From NCBI GenBank assembly GCA_965202585.1, contig OZ241827.1:36084001-36148000 (forward strand): a DNA stretch of 64,000 nt, written 5' to 3'. Source of the DNA: Thalia democratica (taxonomy: Eukaryota). How positions within the stretch are numbered: position 1 is the first letter of the stretch; every line of letters begins with the position of its first letter. The notes under the pieces were generated by a model, which worked only from the letters and a program-made list of their open reading frames with translations, searched no databases and was not told the origin of the DNA. This document shows, piece by piece, positions 50,001 to 63,661 of the stretch. A program made the position numbers and the translations under genes.

Positions 50001-53000
50001 CTGCATAATAATTAGACAAAATAAATCAACTAGGCTTAAATTTTAGTTATAAAAAACTAAAAGTTTATACTGATAAGTTTAATATTTTAAATATAGATAT
50101 TAAAAAAGATTATAAACATTTGATTTTAAATTTGTATAATGACTTTCATGAAAATTCGGCATTACGACATGTAACTTTTTATTACTTTAAGTATGTTAAA
50201 AAATTTTATATAAACAGAAACTCTTGCTTTTTTAACATAAAATATAATATTAAAACACTAAGAGTTATGATTTTTGGAAATAAAAAAGTTTTATATAACA
50301 AACAAAACGACTTTACTTTTATTTCGGTATGAACGTAAATGTTGTTCAAGGTAGTTGCTTGAAAAAACATAACAGTTCCATCATCTTGAAAGGTTTTAAA
50401 TGATGATTTTAATTGGAACGGTAGAAATAACATGGGCAAAGTACTTATTAAACTGTACTTGAAATAGCCATGACCAAACAGTCGTTTAACAACCCCACGA
50501 CGTTCACAACTGTGATCATATACTTGGTCATTATTCGTATAATAAAAATAATCATTCACTTAATATAAGCTATAATTTAACCAAAGTCTTAAGAATGCCT
50601 AGTTATTTACAATAAGTAGTAAATTAAAATGCTTGAAACCTTTTAACACAGGTGAAAAATATTTAGCACAAACGAGCTAAGCAAAGCTATAAACCAACAA
50701 AAAAGACTCAAGCAAGAATAACAACAGTTTAAAAGAATGAACTTAAAGCGTAAAAACATAGTTAATTAAATTGATTGATAAATCGATGCTCTTTAATTAC
50801 TTTGAACAAACTGAATTCACTTATAATTTATATTTGATTAATAAAAAATGTATTAAATTTTAAATCTATTAGTTTATTTACAACTTATATGGTTTTTAAA
50901 AGTTTAAAATTCATTTAATAGTAATTCAGCTCAGGTACTAAAAATCAACTAGATCCGTCATTGAAAATTTGAAAAGCTATTAAAAAAAAATTATTTATTG
51001 AAAATTTAAAAAAAAGTTTTTTTTAATCTTTTAAAATAAATTTTACAGCTAATCAAGAAATATTGGAAATATTCTGTATAAAATTTTAACGCTTAAGGTA
51101 AGTTTAAAAGTCAAACTAACTTGTCTATACTAGATATACTAAAAAAAATTGATAATTTAAAACAGAGTTTTAAAATCTTTTTAAAAAAATTTTACAGCTA
51201 ACCAAAAAACTTTGAAAGTATTCTGTAAAAAAACTTTAAGGCTGTAGGTAAGTATAAAGGTAATAATAACTTTTCTCCAGAAGTACCGTCTTTACAGCTG
51301 CACTCAAATCCATCAAACTTGTTAACACATATACCACCGTTCGAACATTTTTTATTACAATGATCATTCATTGAAGAACATCCCTCTATCGAACCTTGAT
51401 TAGCTATGTAGGAGGACAAATCACTCCTTTGTCCATCAATAATCAAATCTCGGAGACATCCAATAAAACTTTTGCTTCTCACCTGAAACTGTTCGGGAAG
51501 ATTTGGAACTCCTCCTAATATTAGAGGTGAAGTTAAATCCAGCGATCTATAAAATATATTTTCATTATTTTAAGAACTGGAATTTATGCTAAATAGGAAG
51601 AAAAAAATATTTCAACAGATTTTTTTATACTCAAAATATAAAATGGTTCATTATTTACTGGATAATTTTTTAAACGATTTGAAAAGTATTCTAGAATGTT
51701 ATTTCCATAAAAATACTAATATAATAACAAAATATTATACTGTTACATACTTTTGGACTTAAAATAATCATTTTTAAAGTTATAAAAATTATACTTTTTA
51801 AAATTAAAATTCAACTCACTAAAAAACTTTAAAATAAAAGCAATTAGCTTATATATCATTTAACAAAAAAACAAGCAGCTAAACAAAACAACATTCAGCT
51901 GACAAAACTAATTACTATCAAGTTCAGGAAATGGTAAAGTTAATCTATGTTATTTATTTAATAAAAACTTCTAATTAAATGACACTTGGTTTTGTAATAG
52001 TATTGATCACTAGTAAGCTCAAAATCAAAGCTGTATTAAGTTAAAATTAATGTCCATCAGTAAACAAAGCTTTTTTAGCGAGTTTGATCACTTTTTCAAA
52101 AATTATCAAAAGCGATTTTTGTTTTTTATAATAAAAATAAAATTTTTTTAGTGTTTATTTCTACAACTATTTTAGTTTATGCGTAATAAACACTAAAATA
52201 CAGACTGATTTCTTAAGTTAATAAGTAAATAACAAAATTACTAAAAAAGTTATTAGTTTACAAAAAAAAGAGCAATTTTAATTAAAATAAGTGGAAAAGA
52301 GTTTCATAGAAAGTTGTTTTAAGAAATTGAATAATAATATTACGTTCGCTTCGAACGAAAACATTATAGTAAAAACGGTTTGCACTTTGAACATAAGTGC
52401 TTTTGAAAGCGTGTTCTGTCTTAAAATGTATTGTTTAATCTTAAAAAAACAAGAAAAACTAAATAAATTCTTACGTTTTTATTGAGCGTGTAATATTTTG
52501 AATTGATAGGTTTACAATATGTTTAAAAAAACAATACAAACTTTAGAAGTATAATAAAACACAGTCGGGTATTCAACCAAAAAAAAGTGAATTTGCAATA
52601 ATGAAGCATTTTGAAACAAAGTTTCTTTAAATTTCAAAATAACACATAAAAAATTTACGAAAAATTTATACAGAACAAACATTAGAATTAACATTTTTAC
52701 TTTAACTCACGTTTTTATGTGACATTCATTTGGGCTTTAAAAACATTTTACGAGCATTAGCAATCCTAATGTTACTTTTAAAGGGTTGTAACAACAAACT
52801 AAAGTAAATATTTACATACAACCTACCTTAGTTGTTTAACACAATAGTTTATATACAACAAATGAGAGTTTAAGTTCTACTTGATTGTTATTTAAGTTAA
52901 AAAAAAAATTAAACACATGAGAAAAATATTAAAAAATGTTTTGATATTTAAAATCAATAAAATTCCTGCTTTTTTTACAGTATCTTTACTGATTCGACTG

Positions 53001-56000
53001 AGTAAAACTTTCTAATATCATACAAGAATACAGACATCTAAAGAGCTTTTTATTTTCGTGGTACAATGTTATAGTTGCATTAAATCTTCTTGATGAAATC
53101 CCTCTATTTGGAATAACTAACTTGTATTAAATATGAAGTAAACTTACTTCACTCTTATTACTCAATAACTTTTAAAGACTCTTTGAAAAAACTACTATTA
53201 ATAAATTAAAGTAATACTAAATAAGTCATTAACATTTAAAAAATTTAATTTATTTTAGTATAATTTTTAAAAGTAGTTTTTTAAAATTATCTTTTTTCGA
53301 CACAGACGCATGAAATATTTATAATTTTAATAGATAGATGAATTTATAAATGGATTAAAAATAATAATAGATTTCAACGGTTTACTATTATTTCTAACTT
53401 GCGATCATTTCTAACCCGATAATTTCTAACTCGATCACTTCTAACCCGATCATTTCTAACCCGATCATTTCTAACCCGATCATTTCTAACCCGAGCACTT
53501 CTCACCGATCATATCTAACCTAATTATTTCTAACCCTATCTAACCTGACTTGACCTGTAACTTACAACAAAGCTTATAGACTGTAGTATGAAAATCTTTG
53601 TATCTGAATTAGTATTTAAGTTGATATAATTTTTTTTAGAACTACATTTACTTTATAAAAAAGAGTTTTTACAATATGTTGCTCGGAATTCTAATTAGTT
53701 TAACTATAAGTATTTTTTGTTTTTATATAGTTTTTTTCTTTGTTATATCGTTTGTGCTTACGTTTTTTGACTCTTTTACATAAAGTAATTTAAAAAAAAT
53801 AAATATATCAATATAAGTTTTAATTTAGTTGTACTTAAAACAATGAAGTGAATCAAATGATGATGCTTTTCATATATTGTGTAGATTTAATTAAAAAAAA
53901 AAAGATTAACTAGAAAACATTTGATCATCTTCGCACGTGTTGTAAGTCTGTTTAAGTGTCATTGATTTTTTTCGCTCTAGGTTTATGCAGATATTTATTA
54001 ATGAAAAAAAAGGTAGGCGGCCGGTCGACATTGCATACTTTTTCGGTTTGTTAAAAGACATAACTGTTCTAAAGGTTTTATTTATAAAGATTTCTTATTT
54101 CTAAAAATTAGGATTTTTTAATAAATAAACGAAAATGTTCAGGTTTGCCTAATGTTTGTTTTAATTCCATTATCAAAATAGGTCTGTGCAAGTTGTAGAA
54201 CACTTTAAGCTGTTTTTAACGTTTTAAAGCTGAAAATGGAAACTAGCTGACTTTAATGTAGTAATAGATTAGTAAACAACTGTACAACGTTTGCACTAGA
54301 CTTACAACATAACTTATAGACTGTAATATGAAGATCTTTGTATCCGACAATTAAATTTGCAAAGGTTTAACTTAAGAAAACTTTTTACATTAACGTTAAA
54401 AATATTCTAGCTATGTAATTGAGAAAAAGATTTAACTTAAATGTAGTTAAAACAGCTTACTTTAAAAACCCTACAAAGCAAAAAAAAGTAAATTTTTTAA
54501 ACAGTTTATTAATTTTAAGATTACGGAAATTTAAGATATTTTTCTTGACTTAAAATTTTCTACACACAACAGTTTCTTTGTCCTTAAAGTATATTTTTTA
54601 CAAAACTTAATAGCTAAATGATACAGCTAAAACAAATTAGTTTTTTCAATTTCGGATTTATTCGGTCGGTAATTAACCCATAGAAAAAGTGGGACATTTT
54701 AGCATTTTTTAGTCTTCATAGCATATCTCAAAAATTACATATAAATTTTTACTAATTTTCTTTTCAATATTTTTCAGTGAATTAACTACAATAGTCAGTG
54801 TTTTTGTTTTTATATAAACTTAATATTTTTTTGGATATTGGTCGTTTTTGTTTTTTTTTTTAGTTTTGGTCTTTATTTAGGGTCTTCTTACTTAGTTAAC
54901 AAATTAAGAAAATCTAAGTTCACTAACAAACAACGATGTTTTTGTTTGAACTTAAAAGAAAATAAAATTGCTAAATAAAACTTTTTTTAATGTTACGGAA
55001 ATTAAAAAAAAACATTTATAGACCCTTTTGTGGTTCGTTGTTCGCGTAGCACATTAAAAAAATAATTCAACAAAGTTGAACAAAGATATTTTTATTTGTC
55101 AGTTAATTTATTTCAAGATAAAAATTGTTAAACAAGAAAACCTTAACTTATCTTTATTTTAGAATGATTGTCGTGTAGTAAATCTTATATAATCAAAAAA
55201 AAAGTTCGATTTAAGCAGATTGATATAAAGAAAAAAGTCAAAGAGAGGAAAATAAATTGAAAGTATATAATAAGTTGAAATGAAGTTAATAACAAAAGTA
55301 TATTTAAAGTAGAACAATATAAACACTAAGTTTTGTTTATGACAGAAAACCTAAATTAAATCAAAGAACATTTCTGTAAAGTATAGTTTGTTTGAAAAAT
55401 AAATTCTGATTGAAAAATTCTAAAGGTTAAAAAAAGATACTGATTGAGTTAGAAATGGTATGGTTAGAATTGGTCGGATTAGAAGTGATTGGTTTAGATA
55501 GGGTTTGAAATGATCGGGTTAGATATGATCGGGTTACAAATGGTCGAATTAGAAATAATCGGGTTAGAAGTGATCGCGTTAGAAATGATCGGGTTAGAAA
55601 TGATCAGGTTAGAAGTGATAGGGTTAGAAATGATCGGATAAGAAATGCTCAGGTTAGAAATAATTGGGGTAGATATGATCAGGTTATGAATGATCTGCTA
55701 TAGATTTTAACAATACCAAAAATTATACATTGTTTCTTATTACTCTAGTGTGGGAACTAAAATTTTAACAGGCTATAACTTTATTGCAACGTACGTTTTA
55801 ATGTCAGACTGCTCAACTGTTTTTGTACAATTAAGATTAAGTTGTCGACTCATTCTGACGTCACAATTATGCGGGTCAACTGTTAAAACAACCACTTTTT
55901 TGTTTGAAGGTCCATTGTGACTTAAAAGCCCATATTGTAGTTCACCTTGGTTTCTCTGTCAAAAAGGTTGTATTGGTAAAAGAGTTACGTTTTCATAAGT

Positions 56001-59000
56001 CATTAAGTAACCTCTATCTAAACTCTAAAGTAAACATGTACAGAACAATTATTAAAACAAGGCCATTTGCGCTTGAAGTAATTTTTTAGTTTCTACTAAA
56101 CTAAACATAGTTTTAACATTTTCTTTATAGCAATTAGGTGAAATACATAAAGTAAGTTTGTTGTTGTACTCTTTGTTTTTTTTTCCTAGTTATATTTTCA
56201 TTTTAAAGATGGTCTATCTATGCTTTACAGCATAAAAAACATAATTTTAAATCCCAGTTTATCTATAACTCACAGCTTTTAAATGAACAGTTTAATAATA
56301 TAATGTTTCTAATGTGTTTACACTTTATGACTTTAGTTTAAAACTTTGTTTTGAGTAACAAAATAAATAACTATATACTAATATTTATTTATCTATATTA
56401 TTTATGTACTATAGATAGAAAAATAATTTAAATGATATTATATATAGAGAAATACATAACTTATTTTAATTGAAAATTCACTGTATAGCTTAAATGAACC
56501 TATATAAATAGTTTATAGTTTTACTGTAATAATATGGTTTTATCAAGACTGAAATATTTCTTCAACTTCGATTTTAGATTTCTTAACCTTTATGTATGTT
56601 TTATTATCATTAAATTATCTACAATTAAACCTATAAAAACCTATAGCAATTGTTTTTATTTTTAATGGACACATGTATATACCTACCTTAGCTTCTATTC
56701 TTTCCTTACAGTATTTATTTTTTTTTACAGAGCTTCGTTGAAGTGTGTTAATCCGTTAACACACAGAAACATGTGTTAGTGTAACAAAGAAAGGATACTG
56801 TATAATTTATTGTTATTATAACTGTTTATAAATTTAATATTAACCTAAATAAGTTATTTCGTAAAAAAAAAGATTTAGAACGACTTTTATAGTTAACAAT
56901 TAAATAGAACTGTTCCAAAATTGTCCAAAAGTATTTGCTTAATCAAAAACGAGTAAACAGAAAGTAGTTTCAGTTCGTGAGTTTAGGAAACTAAAATAAT
57001 ATATCTACAAATAAACTTAAGTAAACAATAGATAACTTGTGATTGACAAGTTTGATAAATTAAGAAAAAATAAACACAAATCATATGTCTATCAACATCA
57101 ACTGTTTTATAAATTTAATTATACAAATTTAAAAACTCTTTTACTCTATATGAGCTATGCTTTTTGAATAAGATTTTATTATAACTGAACAATCCTACAA
57201 GGCGAAACATTGTTTTGTAAATAAATTGCTTGAAACATTATTTTATTTCCTTAAATTCAAGTTGAAAACTCTAATTGTTGCTTTTAAAACAAACCAAAAG
57301 CATGCAAAGTTAGTTTCAAATCAAAAACGTTGTATACATATTAGTTCAAACTTAACTACAAAAATTGTTCATTTAAATATAACCTAAAAATGTCAGATTT
57401 ATATTCATTTGTCTCAGAAACTTTTTATAGTTTAGAAAAATTATACAGGGTGGACTATAAAGCATTTTAAAGTTAGTTGCAGGTTTTTTGAACTTTTTTC
57501 AGAACATACTAACTTATAATATGATTTTTAAAGTAAAAGTTCTTGTCTTTTCTTGTCCAAATAAAAGCCTATAATTTAATTTTTAAGTGTTCTAAAGTTA
57601 TCTTTACATGTAATTTCTATTTGTTTTAAAATGTATAATTTTTCAATTTATTTTCATAGTCTCTGTTCAAGTTATAGTTTATATTTAAATGTGGTCCTTC
57701 TGTTTTCTTCATTTAACTAATATGACCTAACTAGAAGATCATAGTTTGTAATAAAACAATCAAAAAAATTAGAAATAAAATAAATAAATTCAAATCATCT
57801 AAATTCTATAACACTTTATATCCAGAAATATAATCTACAAAAATTTGACAATAAAATGTGTCAAAAGAATATTTATGTTACAAACTTTTAACACAAAGAC
57901 GTAAGAGTTTGGTAGATAATTTAGATTTTAAACATTTAGAAAATATATACCTGATTATAATACTTTATATGTATAGTATGCCATTGACCATCATTTAGTT
58001 GAAGTTCTAATGTAGGATCTACAACTGAAGTGTGTTGACCGGTGGAAAAACTGAGCCGAATTTGACCATCTATTAATTCTAGTGCTAAAAAGTCGTTTTT
58101 GTGATTAAGTCGTCCGTTATACAAAATCAAACCGTTTGGTTGCAATGTCGAAAAACTGTTGATAAATATAAAATATGCTTTAACAAATTAATACTTGAGA
58201 AGAACATAAACAATTTGAGGTTCAGTTGATTATACATATCAATTTATCGGCTTTAGTTTTTAAAACTTGCAAAAAGCTAAAATATATTAGTTGGTAAAGT
58301 TTCATTCTTAAGAGAGCAACGGATCTAATTGTCAATTAATGCATAAAAATTAAAAAGGGTGGTCTAACGTGTCAAACTCTAATGTGGTCTAATTTAAAAA
58401 AATATATAAAAAACAATTCAATACTTTATTTAGTGTACATTTGTTGTAATCCTGTAACGATAGATTTAGCTCTTAGCAAACTATGAGTTATAAAAACAAG
58501 AAGCCTAAAACTTTATCAGCCTCTCTTTATTAGTTACTATGCACGCTACGCGCGCGCAAACGAGTGAAAAGACTTCTGATACTAGTAAAAATACTCGAAA
58601 AAGCTATCCCGAGCTAAACATAATTTCTGACCAGCACAATGTGTTATCAGACGAGCCGAATGTGTTAGCAGAGAATAAGTATCCTAATACAATGTAACAA
58701 TAAAAAATACCGTTGTACACAAAAATTCAACTTAATAATATGTAGAAAATACAAAAAAGTATTATTAGCAAGAATATAGTTCAGCTATTTAGACAAATAG
58801 TTTTTATGAAACTACAAAAAAAATTAAAAGCATTTTATTTTCATTAGACTTAATAACAACGTAAGTGTTTTACCTATACAAAATGTATGTGTTTATGTTG
58901 TCATACAAATCTTCCTACATCAACCTTAGGTTAGTTAAAAAATATTAGTTGAATATTTATACTTTAAACTAACTAAGCAAGAAGCTAAAAAAAACTTCAA

Positions 59001-62000
59001 CTTAACTAAAGCACTAACAAATATTAAAAATCAAACTTGAAGGAACTACATGTGTTTCTCAATACTTTAAAAACGGAAAAATATTGTTTTATGTTATACT
59101 ATTTAAAATTAGAATATAAAAAAAAAACCCTAAACCAACCTTAAAACAGAAACAAAAAAATAAGAATATTTTTTTATACAACAAACTAAAATCAACCTGA
59201 CAAAAAGATCAAAGTGCCACTGATTGCTAATACCTGGCAACATAAGAAAGTCCCCAGCTTTGAATTGTCGACTTCTTAGCTCACACGAAGATGTTAACTC
59301 GTCTTTTAATTTTACCATATTGCAAAGACACTCGAACCCACCACCGGTCAAATCAGCACATTTACCCCCTTTACAGATACCGGGATGGGAACTACAGGAA
59401 CTCTTACTAACATCCACTTCACATTGCTTGCCTAAATTAGTGTTTTAAATTGATTTTTAAATAGGTTATGTTAAAATAGAAAAATTAATGTTGAAAAACT
59501 ATCAAACTAAACTAAAATTTTATTAGGCCCTTATAAATATAAAATAGAAAATACCAATAGTATTGTTGTAAAATGGTACGTGTAGTAATATTTCAAAAAT
59601 ATTTAACAGTTAGCTTTTATTACGTATATCAAATTTAAAAAACAATAGTTTAGAAATATGTCAACTCGTAAATAAAATAAAAAAACTAAGTTAATTGTAA
59701 TTTTCAGTTAATGAGTTAAACAAACCGTTAAAAATATTTAGAACAACAAACATACCAGAAAAATTAAATAAAAAAGTTAACATCAATATTACAAATATAT
59801 TTTTACAAACACACCAGTAAAGTTAGGAGGGCAGATACAATAATAGCCGCCTTCTACAGGATTACAAGTAGCTTGATTAAAACATGGATTTGAATGGCAC
59901 ATGTTGATTTCATCAGTGCATTCAGCTTCATTAGTGAATCCTATGGGACATTCGCACCTTGAATAAAAAATTTGAAACTAGTTTTATAAACTGTTATTAC
60001 TTAATGAAACATTGTCACAAAAATCCGATTTATTTTAGTTTTATATTTTGTTTTAAACAAACAGTAGCTATACTTGAAAAAATAATAAAGTGTTATGCTG
60101 AAAATTTGAATTATTTTTTTCTATTAAAATTAACTATGATGATAGCTACTAATTAAGTCTAATGAATGAATCGTTACGATTTTAGTTCTTAATGCATTTT
60201 TGCAAAAGTTTTAAAAAGCCTAACGTCAGACCTAAACTTCTGAGATGTATTCTCTGTTACTAATCAAATAGAACTAGATTTTTGGAATATAAATGAATTA
60301 AATTTTTACAGGCTAAGATAAATACGAACAAAACATTATTACCTTTTTACCAACAACACATTTAGCATAATACTCTAAAGTCAACATACTATAGCTTATA
60401 ATCTACAAAAATTTACTATATGTTTTACAAACTGTAAACTTAAAATGAAATGGTATCGTTTTTAGTTTTTGTACTTGATTTTTAAATAAGTATAAAGTTT
60501 AAAACAAAAATGTTGTTTTCAACGCCTAGTATTTTTTACTTAATTATAAGAACTTACTTACACAAATTTTTCAAATTTCTATATCATAAATAGCTGTAAC
60601 ATGCTACATGTTTATGAAAGTCAGGAAAATTTTCAGCACATTATGTGCATTAATAGCTAATAATAGTAGAAACTAAAATATAATGATACTTATGAATCTT
60701 TTTATTTTGCAACGCATTCATATTACCTTTTATTTCAATTTAAAAAATGTTTAAGTTCTGTATTTTATTTATTTTATTTAAAGAATACATCATTTTTTGA
60801 CAGCCAACAAACTAGTTTTAATTTAACAAATTGTTGTTAAACTCTTTATAAAATAATCTTTTATCCAACTGTTTTTACAAAAAGCCTAAAGAAGATTACA
60901 TTACTATAACCTGGTTGTATTTAGGAAATGTTTATAGAAATTAAAGTGGACCATACTTAATATTTTACTTTTGAATGTTTAAAAAAAGTAAACATTACAT
61001 TTTTAGTTAATTGTAAAACTTATAATAGAAAATAAATCAACCCTTTTTCAAAATCGTTCTTTAGATGTACTTTGAACTTGTTAGATAAGAAAAAAATTTA
61101 ACTTTAATAAATTAATAAAACGACTCAAATTCTTTCTTTTCCAATATATTCCATTAATTTTTGTCAGGAAAAGTACAATTAAAAAAAATAAACTAAGATA
61201 AAACATAAACAATATATTACACAAAAATATACTAATTAATTAATTACATACAAGCTAAATCAATATAAGTAAAACTGAAAACTAAACGAAATGTCTTGTA
61301 ACTAAATAAGGCTAAAAGGTAATAAAATTCTTTCTTTTTACATAAATTAGGTTTTTTTTAAATATATTTAAAATGGCTTATAGTCTTATTAGTTCAAAAG
61401 TATTTGAACATTGTCTCATGTTACAAAATTTTTAAGTATCAAAATTGCTTCCACAGCAAATATTGTTTACTAAATGTTCAGCTATAGCTGATTTTTTCAT
61501 CGAATTTTTGACTGATACGCTCTTTTTATCTTTTTTTTGTCACTAATGTGCAAGATAATACATTTTGGAACATGCTCTTCTATTCTTATTTTAGGTGAAG
61601 GGAAGTTTTTCCAATGTAACTGCTTTTACAGTATCATTTAAACTTGTAAACTATAAGACTTTTTTCTTCTAGTAAATTAAGTCTTTTCCCAATGTTATAC
61701 GGTATCCCAAAAACAAGCCTAAAGTTCCACTCAGACCAATCTTATCAATGATCAGATCTCCTTAACATAAGATAGCAAAATATTTAAATGTGCTATTGGT
61801 GTATTTTAAGCTCTTCAGAATTTTTCTCGTTACACAGTTAAAGATTCCTTCACCTTTGTAGGGGATATTAGAAATCTAAATTCTGAAAACACTTTTATGT
61901 CATCTTTTGATCTTAAAAGTTTATTTACGAATGTACCCTTAGATAAAATAATAGAAATAAGTACAGAACAACTATATAAAATGGACAAACAATCGCTTAA

Positions 62001-63661
62001 GAAAGAAAGTTTTGTTCAACTTATGAAAATTGCCACAAAAGAAGTCGAGTTTAGTTTTAATGACACAATATTTTGTCAAACCGATCGAGATGCTTTGGGA
62101 TATCATTTAGGCCCGACTTTAGCTAACATCCTAATGGGATATATTGAACTCAATGCTATTCCAAAATTTATAACTAAGTACCCTAATACTAAGTATATGA
62201 GATATGTCGACGATTGTTTTGTAATAACAAGTTGTGAACAGGATAATAAACTTCTATTTCAAGAGCTAAATGAAGCCCGTGAAGCTATCAAATTCACCAA
62301 TGAATGTGAAGCAAACAATCAATTAGCTTTTCTGGATGTGTTGGTTGTAAAACAAGATGATCAATTTGAAACGAAAGCATATAGAAAACCAACTTGTACT
62401 AACAATTACTTTAAATTTTCTATTCTTTTACGGCAAACATAGAAAAATTGGTCTGATTAAAACTCTATATAGTAGAGCACAGAAAATATGTTCACCTGAG
62501 TTTTTAGAAATGAATTAAATAACATAAAAACAGTTCTCAAACTCAATGGGTACCCTGAAACGTTAGTAAAAAGAATAATAAAGTCGCAGTTAATTGATGA
62601 AATGGTCAATTGATGAAATATATTTGAAAACAAAAAAATTTGAGTCATTTTATTTATTCAGTAAAGTTAAAAATAATCTGATGTTTAAATTGTTAAAATA
62701 TTTTTTTCAGTTATCGCTTGCGTGGATCTACTTTGCTTATATTCTATTCATACTTCTAATTAGCTCCTTCAAGATAGAGATAAAAAATACGTCATCAAAA
62801 ACTAATATTTTCAAATTATTTTTAAATGATTTACTTTGATATTAAGTAAATACTACCTTTAGTTTATAGTATTTTTAATTTTTTCATTTAAATTTTGAAT
62901 AAAACTAAATTTCTTCTTTTTACATTCAAAAAAGTCGAAATTAAGCAAAAGCTGAAATAAATAAAACAGTTTAGATTAAAGTAATCACCAACATAAAACA
63001 TCAGTAAAATTTATACAATTACCGAGTTTGATATAAAAATTTAATGTATACCAAATTGTAGTAACGATAATAATTTCAAACTGTGACCTCAGGCAATTTT
63101 AACAGCAATTAGTTTTTCAGTTCATAAAGTTTTTTAATCATTGTATAACATATTTTTATATTATGTAAACAAAACTAAAATAAATAAAAATGACAAATTT
63201 AATAGAAAATTTGTTTGTTTATCAATAGTAAAACAAAGCTTACAAAAACTAAAACGAATCAATTAAGTATCTTTTCTTGAGTTTCCAATTCTATGGAACA
63301 AATTTTTTCGAAAGTAAAAATATACATTCATAACTACACAATAACAGTAATTCAATAAGTATACATTTAAAATAAGACAATTTAACAAATAAAATTATTT
63401 ATATTTTTTTAGTTCAACATCAGACTTTTTAGGTATTTATAACAATGTTACATTTTATAAAACTAACTTTAATGAATACACGGGGTATATTGGTCGAAAT
63501 ATCATATTAGAAGAAGATATAAAAGAGGCTGAGCTATTGAAAGTGAGAATAGATGCACAACGTTTGTAATTTTGACAAGGCTCACGCAAACAAATGTTGT
63601 CATCGAAAGGTAACACGTTCATTGATGTCATACTTGCTAACTTTGTACGATTAAGATAGAC
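35069..63661 (-). CDS. CELSR: CELSR/Flamingo-family cadherin EGF LAG seven-pass adhesion GPCR (3' part; the cadherin repeats lie beyond the window)
   Basis: 27 GT-AG exons with consistent phases, in 5'-to-3' order: 63468-63661, 59815-59957, 59197-59431, 57951-58155, 55795-55955, 51271-51546, 50317-50509, 49717-49887, 49545-49658, 47743-47926, 47197-47462, 46956-47117, 46394-46659, 45808-45971, 42706-42930, 41976-42104, 41712-41808, 41331-41561, 40923-41054, 39120-39306, 37504-37649, 37208-37341, 36240-36469, 36050-36172, 35887-35991, 35505-35772 (alternative acceptor 35757), 35069-35127. Hallmarks: VLPFDDNICLREPCQNY, LYNGRLNHKNDFLALE, SLDLTSPLILGGVP and GFGNSEFCWIS. The stop codon was not fixed. 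Confidence 0.93.
36050..39306 (-). CDS. CELSR: CELSR seven-transmembrane exons
   Basis: Hydrophobic TM1-TM7 segments, including AVLIHFFVLSNFAWIVVDVLHIYR, YYLIGWIIPSVITAL and IFVLNLWNNKEMR. Confidence 0.92.
37700..38940 (+). mobile_element. Degraded Penelope/Poseidon element in a CELSR intron, split by a CAGGGT MITE (about 38138-38501)
   Basis: Remnants FDVEKLF, LKLLDIL, LTGQYL, GYPEFL, YGPEKC..LPY and FACFCDRTCIGQITRH. Confidence 0.7.
39375..39709. mobile_element. CAGGGTTGCC-family MITE
   Basis: Ends CAGGGTTGCCAAA / TTTAGCAACCCTG. Confidence 0.8.
40923..47926 (-). CDS. CELSR: CELSR exons for EGF, laminin-EGF, hormone-receptor motif, GAIN and GPS
   Basis: CPTGWYG..CAPCKC, CHPCDCYSPGS, GIVWSRTRVG..CRKNGWLEPTFTNC, LLKHECLQSGFGL and PLCVMWN..GGWSQDGC..HVICNC. 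Confidence 0.92.
43140..44250. repeat. Long diverged inverted repeat (arms about 400 bp, spacer about 320 bp)
   Basis: 43140-43540 aligns by eye with the reverse complement of 43865-44250 (for example TTGCTGCTACT, GGTAAACATT, GTATATGACATTT and TTTCTGAACACTT). Confidence 0.75.
44385..44923. mobile_element. MITE with perfect 13-bp terminal inverted repeats
   Basis: CAGGGTTCCCACT / AGTGGGAACCCTG, flanked by TA on both sides (possible Tc1/mariner-type TSD). Confidence 0.8.
49545..63661 (-). CDS. CELSR: CELSR exons for the membrane-proximal linker, EGF repeats and two laminin-G domains
   Basis: CECPIGF, CHSNPCFNQATC, CKGGKC, LNDGQWHTI, FIGCLRDL, CSNGGICV and LNNGQWHTI. Confidence 0.92.
53379..55700. 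mobile_element. Foldback/Mutator-like element with inverted arrays of a 15-bp unit
   Basis: About 9 copies of GATCATTTCTAACCC at 53390-53530 and about 15 copies of the reverse complement at 55455-55695. Flanked by TAGATTTCAAC (53368-53378) and TAGATTTTAAC (55701-55711). Confidence 0.75.
61310..61600 (-). mobile_element. Inverted Poseidon-type GIY-YIG C-terminal fragment
   Basis: Minus-strand translation HLKIRIEEHVPKC...KKSAIAEHLVNNICCGSNFD...QCSNTFELIRL*AI, with frameshifts. Confidence 0.75.
61690..62600 (+). mobile_element. Penelope/Poseidon-type RT fragment, antisense in a CELSR intron
   Basis: RPILSM, VKDSFTF, SFDLKSLFTNVP, LGPTLANILMG, YMRYVDDCF, LAFLDV, YRKPT and NGYPE, with stops and frameshifts. 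Confidence 0.9.

Noticed and set aside
58459-58699. Solo LTR (TGTAAC...TGTAACA)
   Set aside because: No matching 4-6 bp TSD, primer-binding site or polypurine tract was found.
61140-61180. HHR for the 61310 PLE fragment (minus-strand CTGACAA...GAAA)
   Set aside because: The core is mutated, and there is no helix II or stem I/III pairing.
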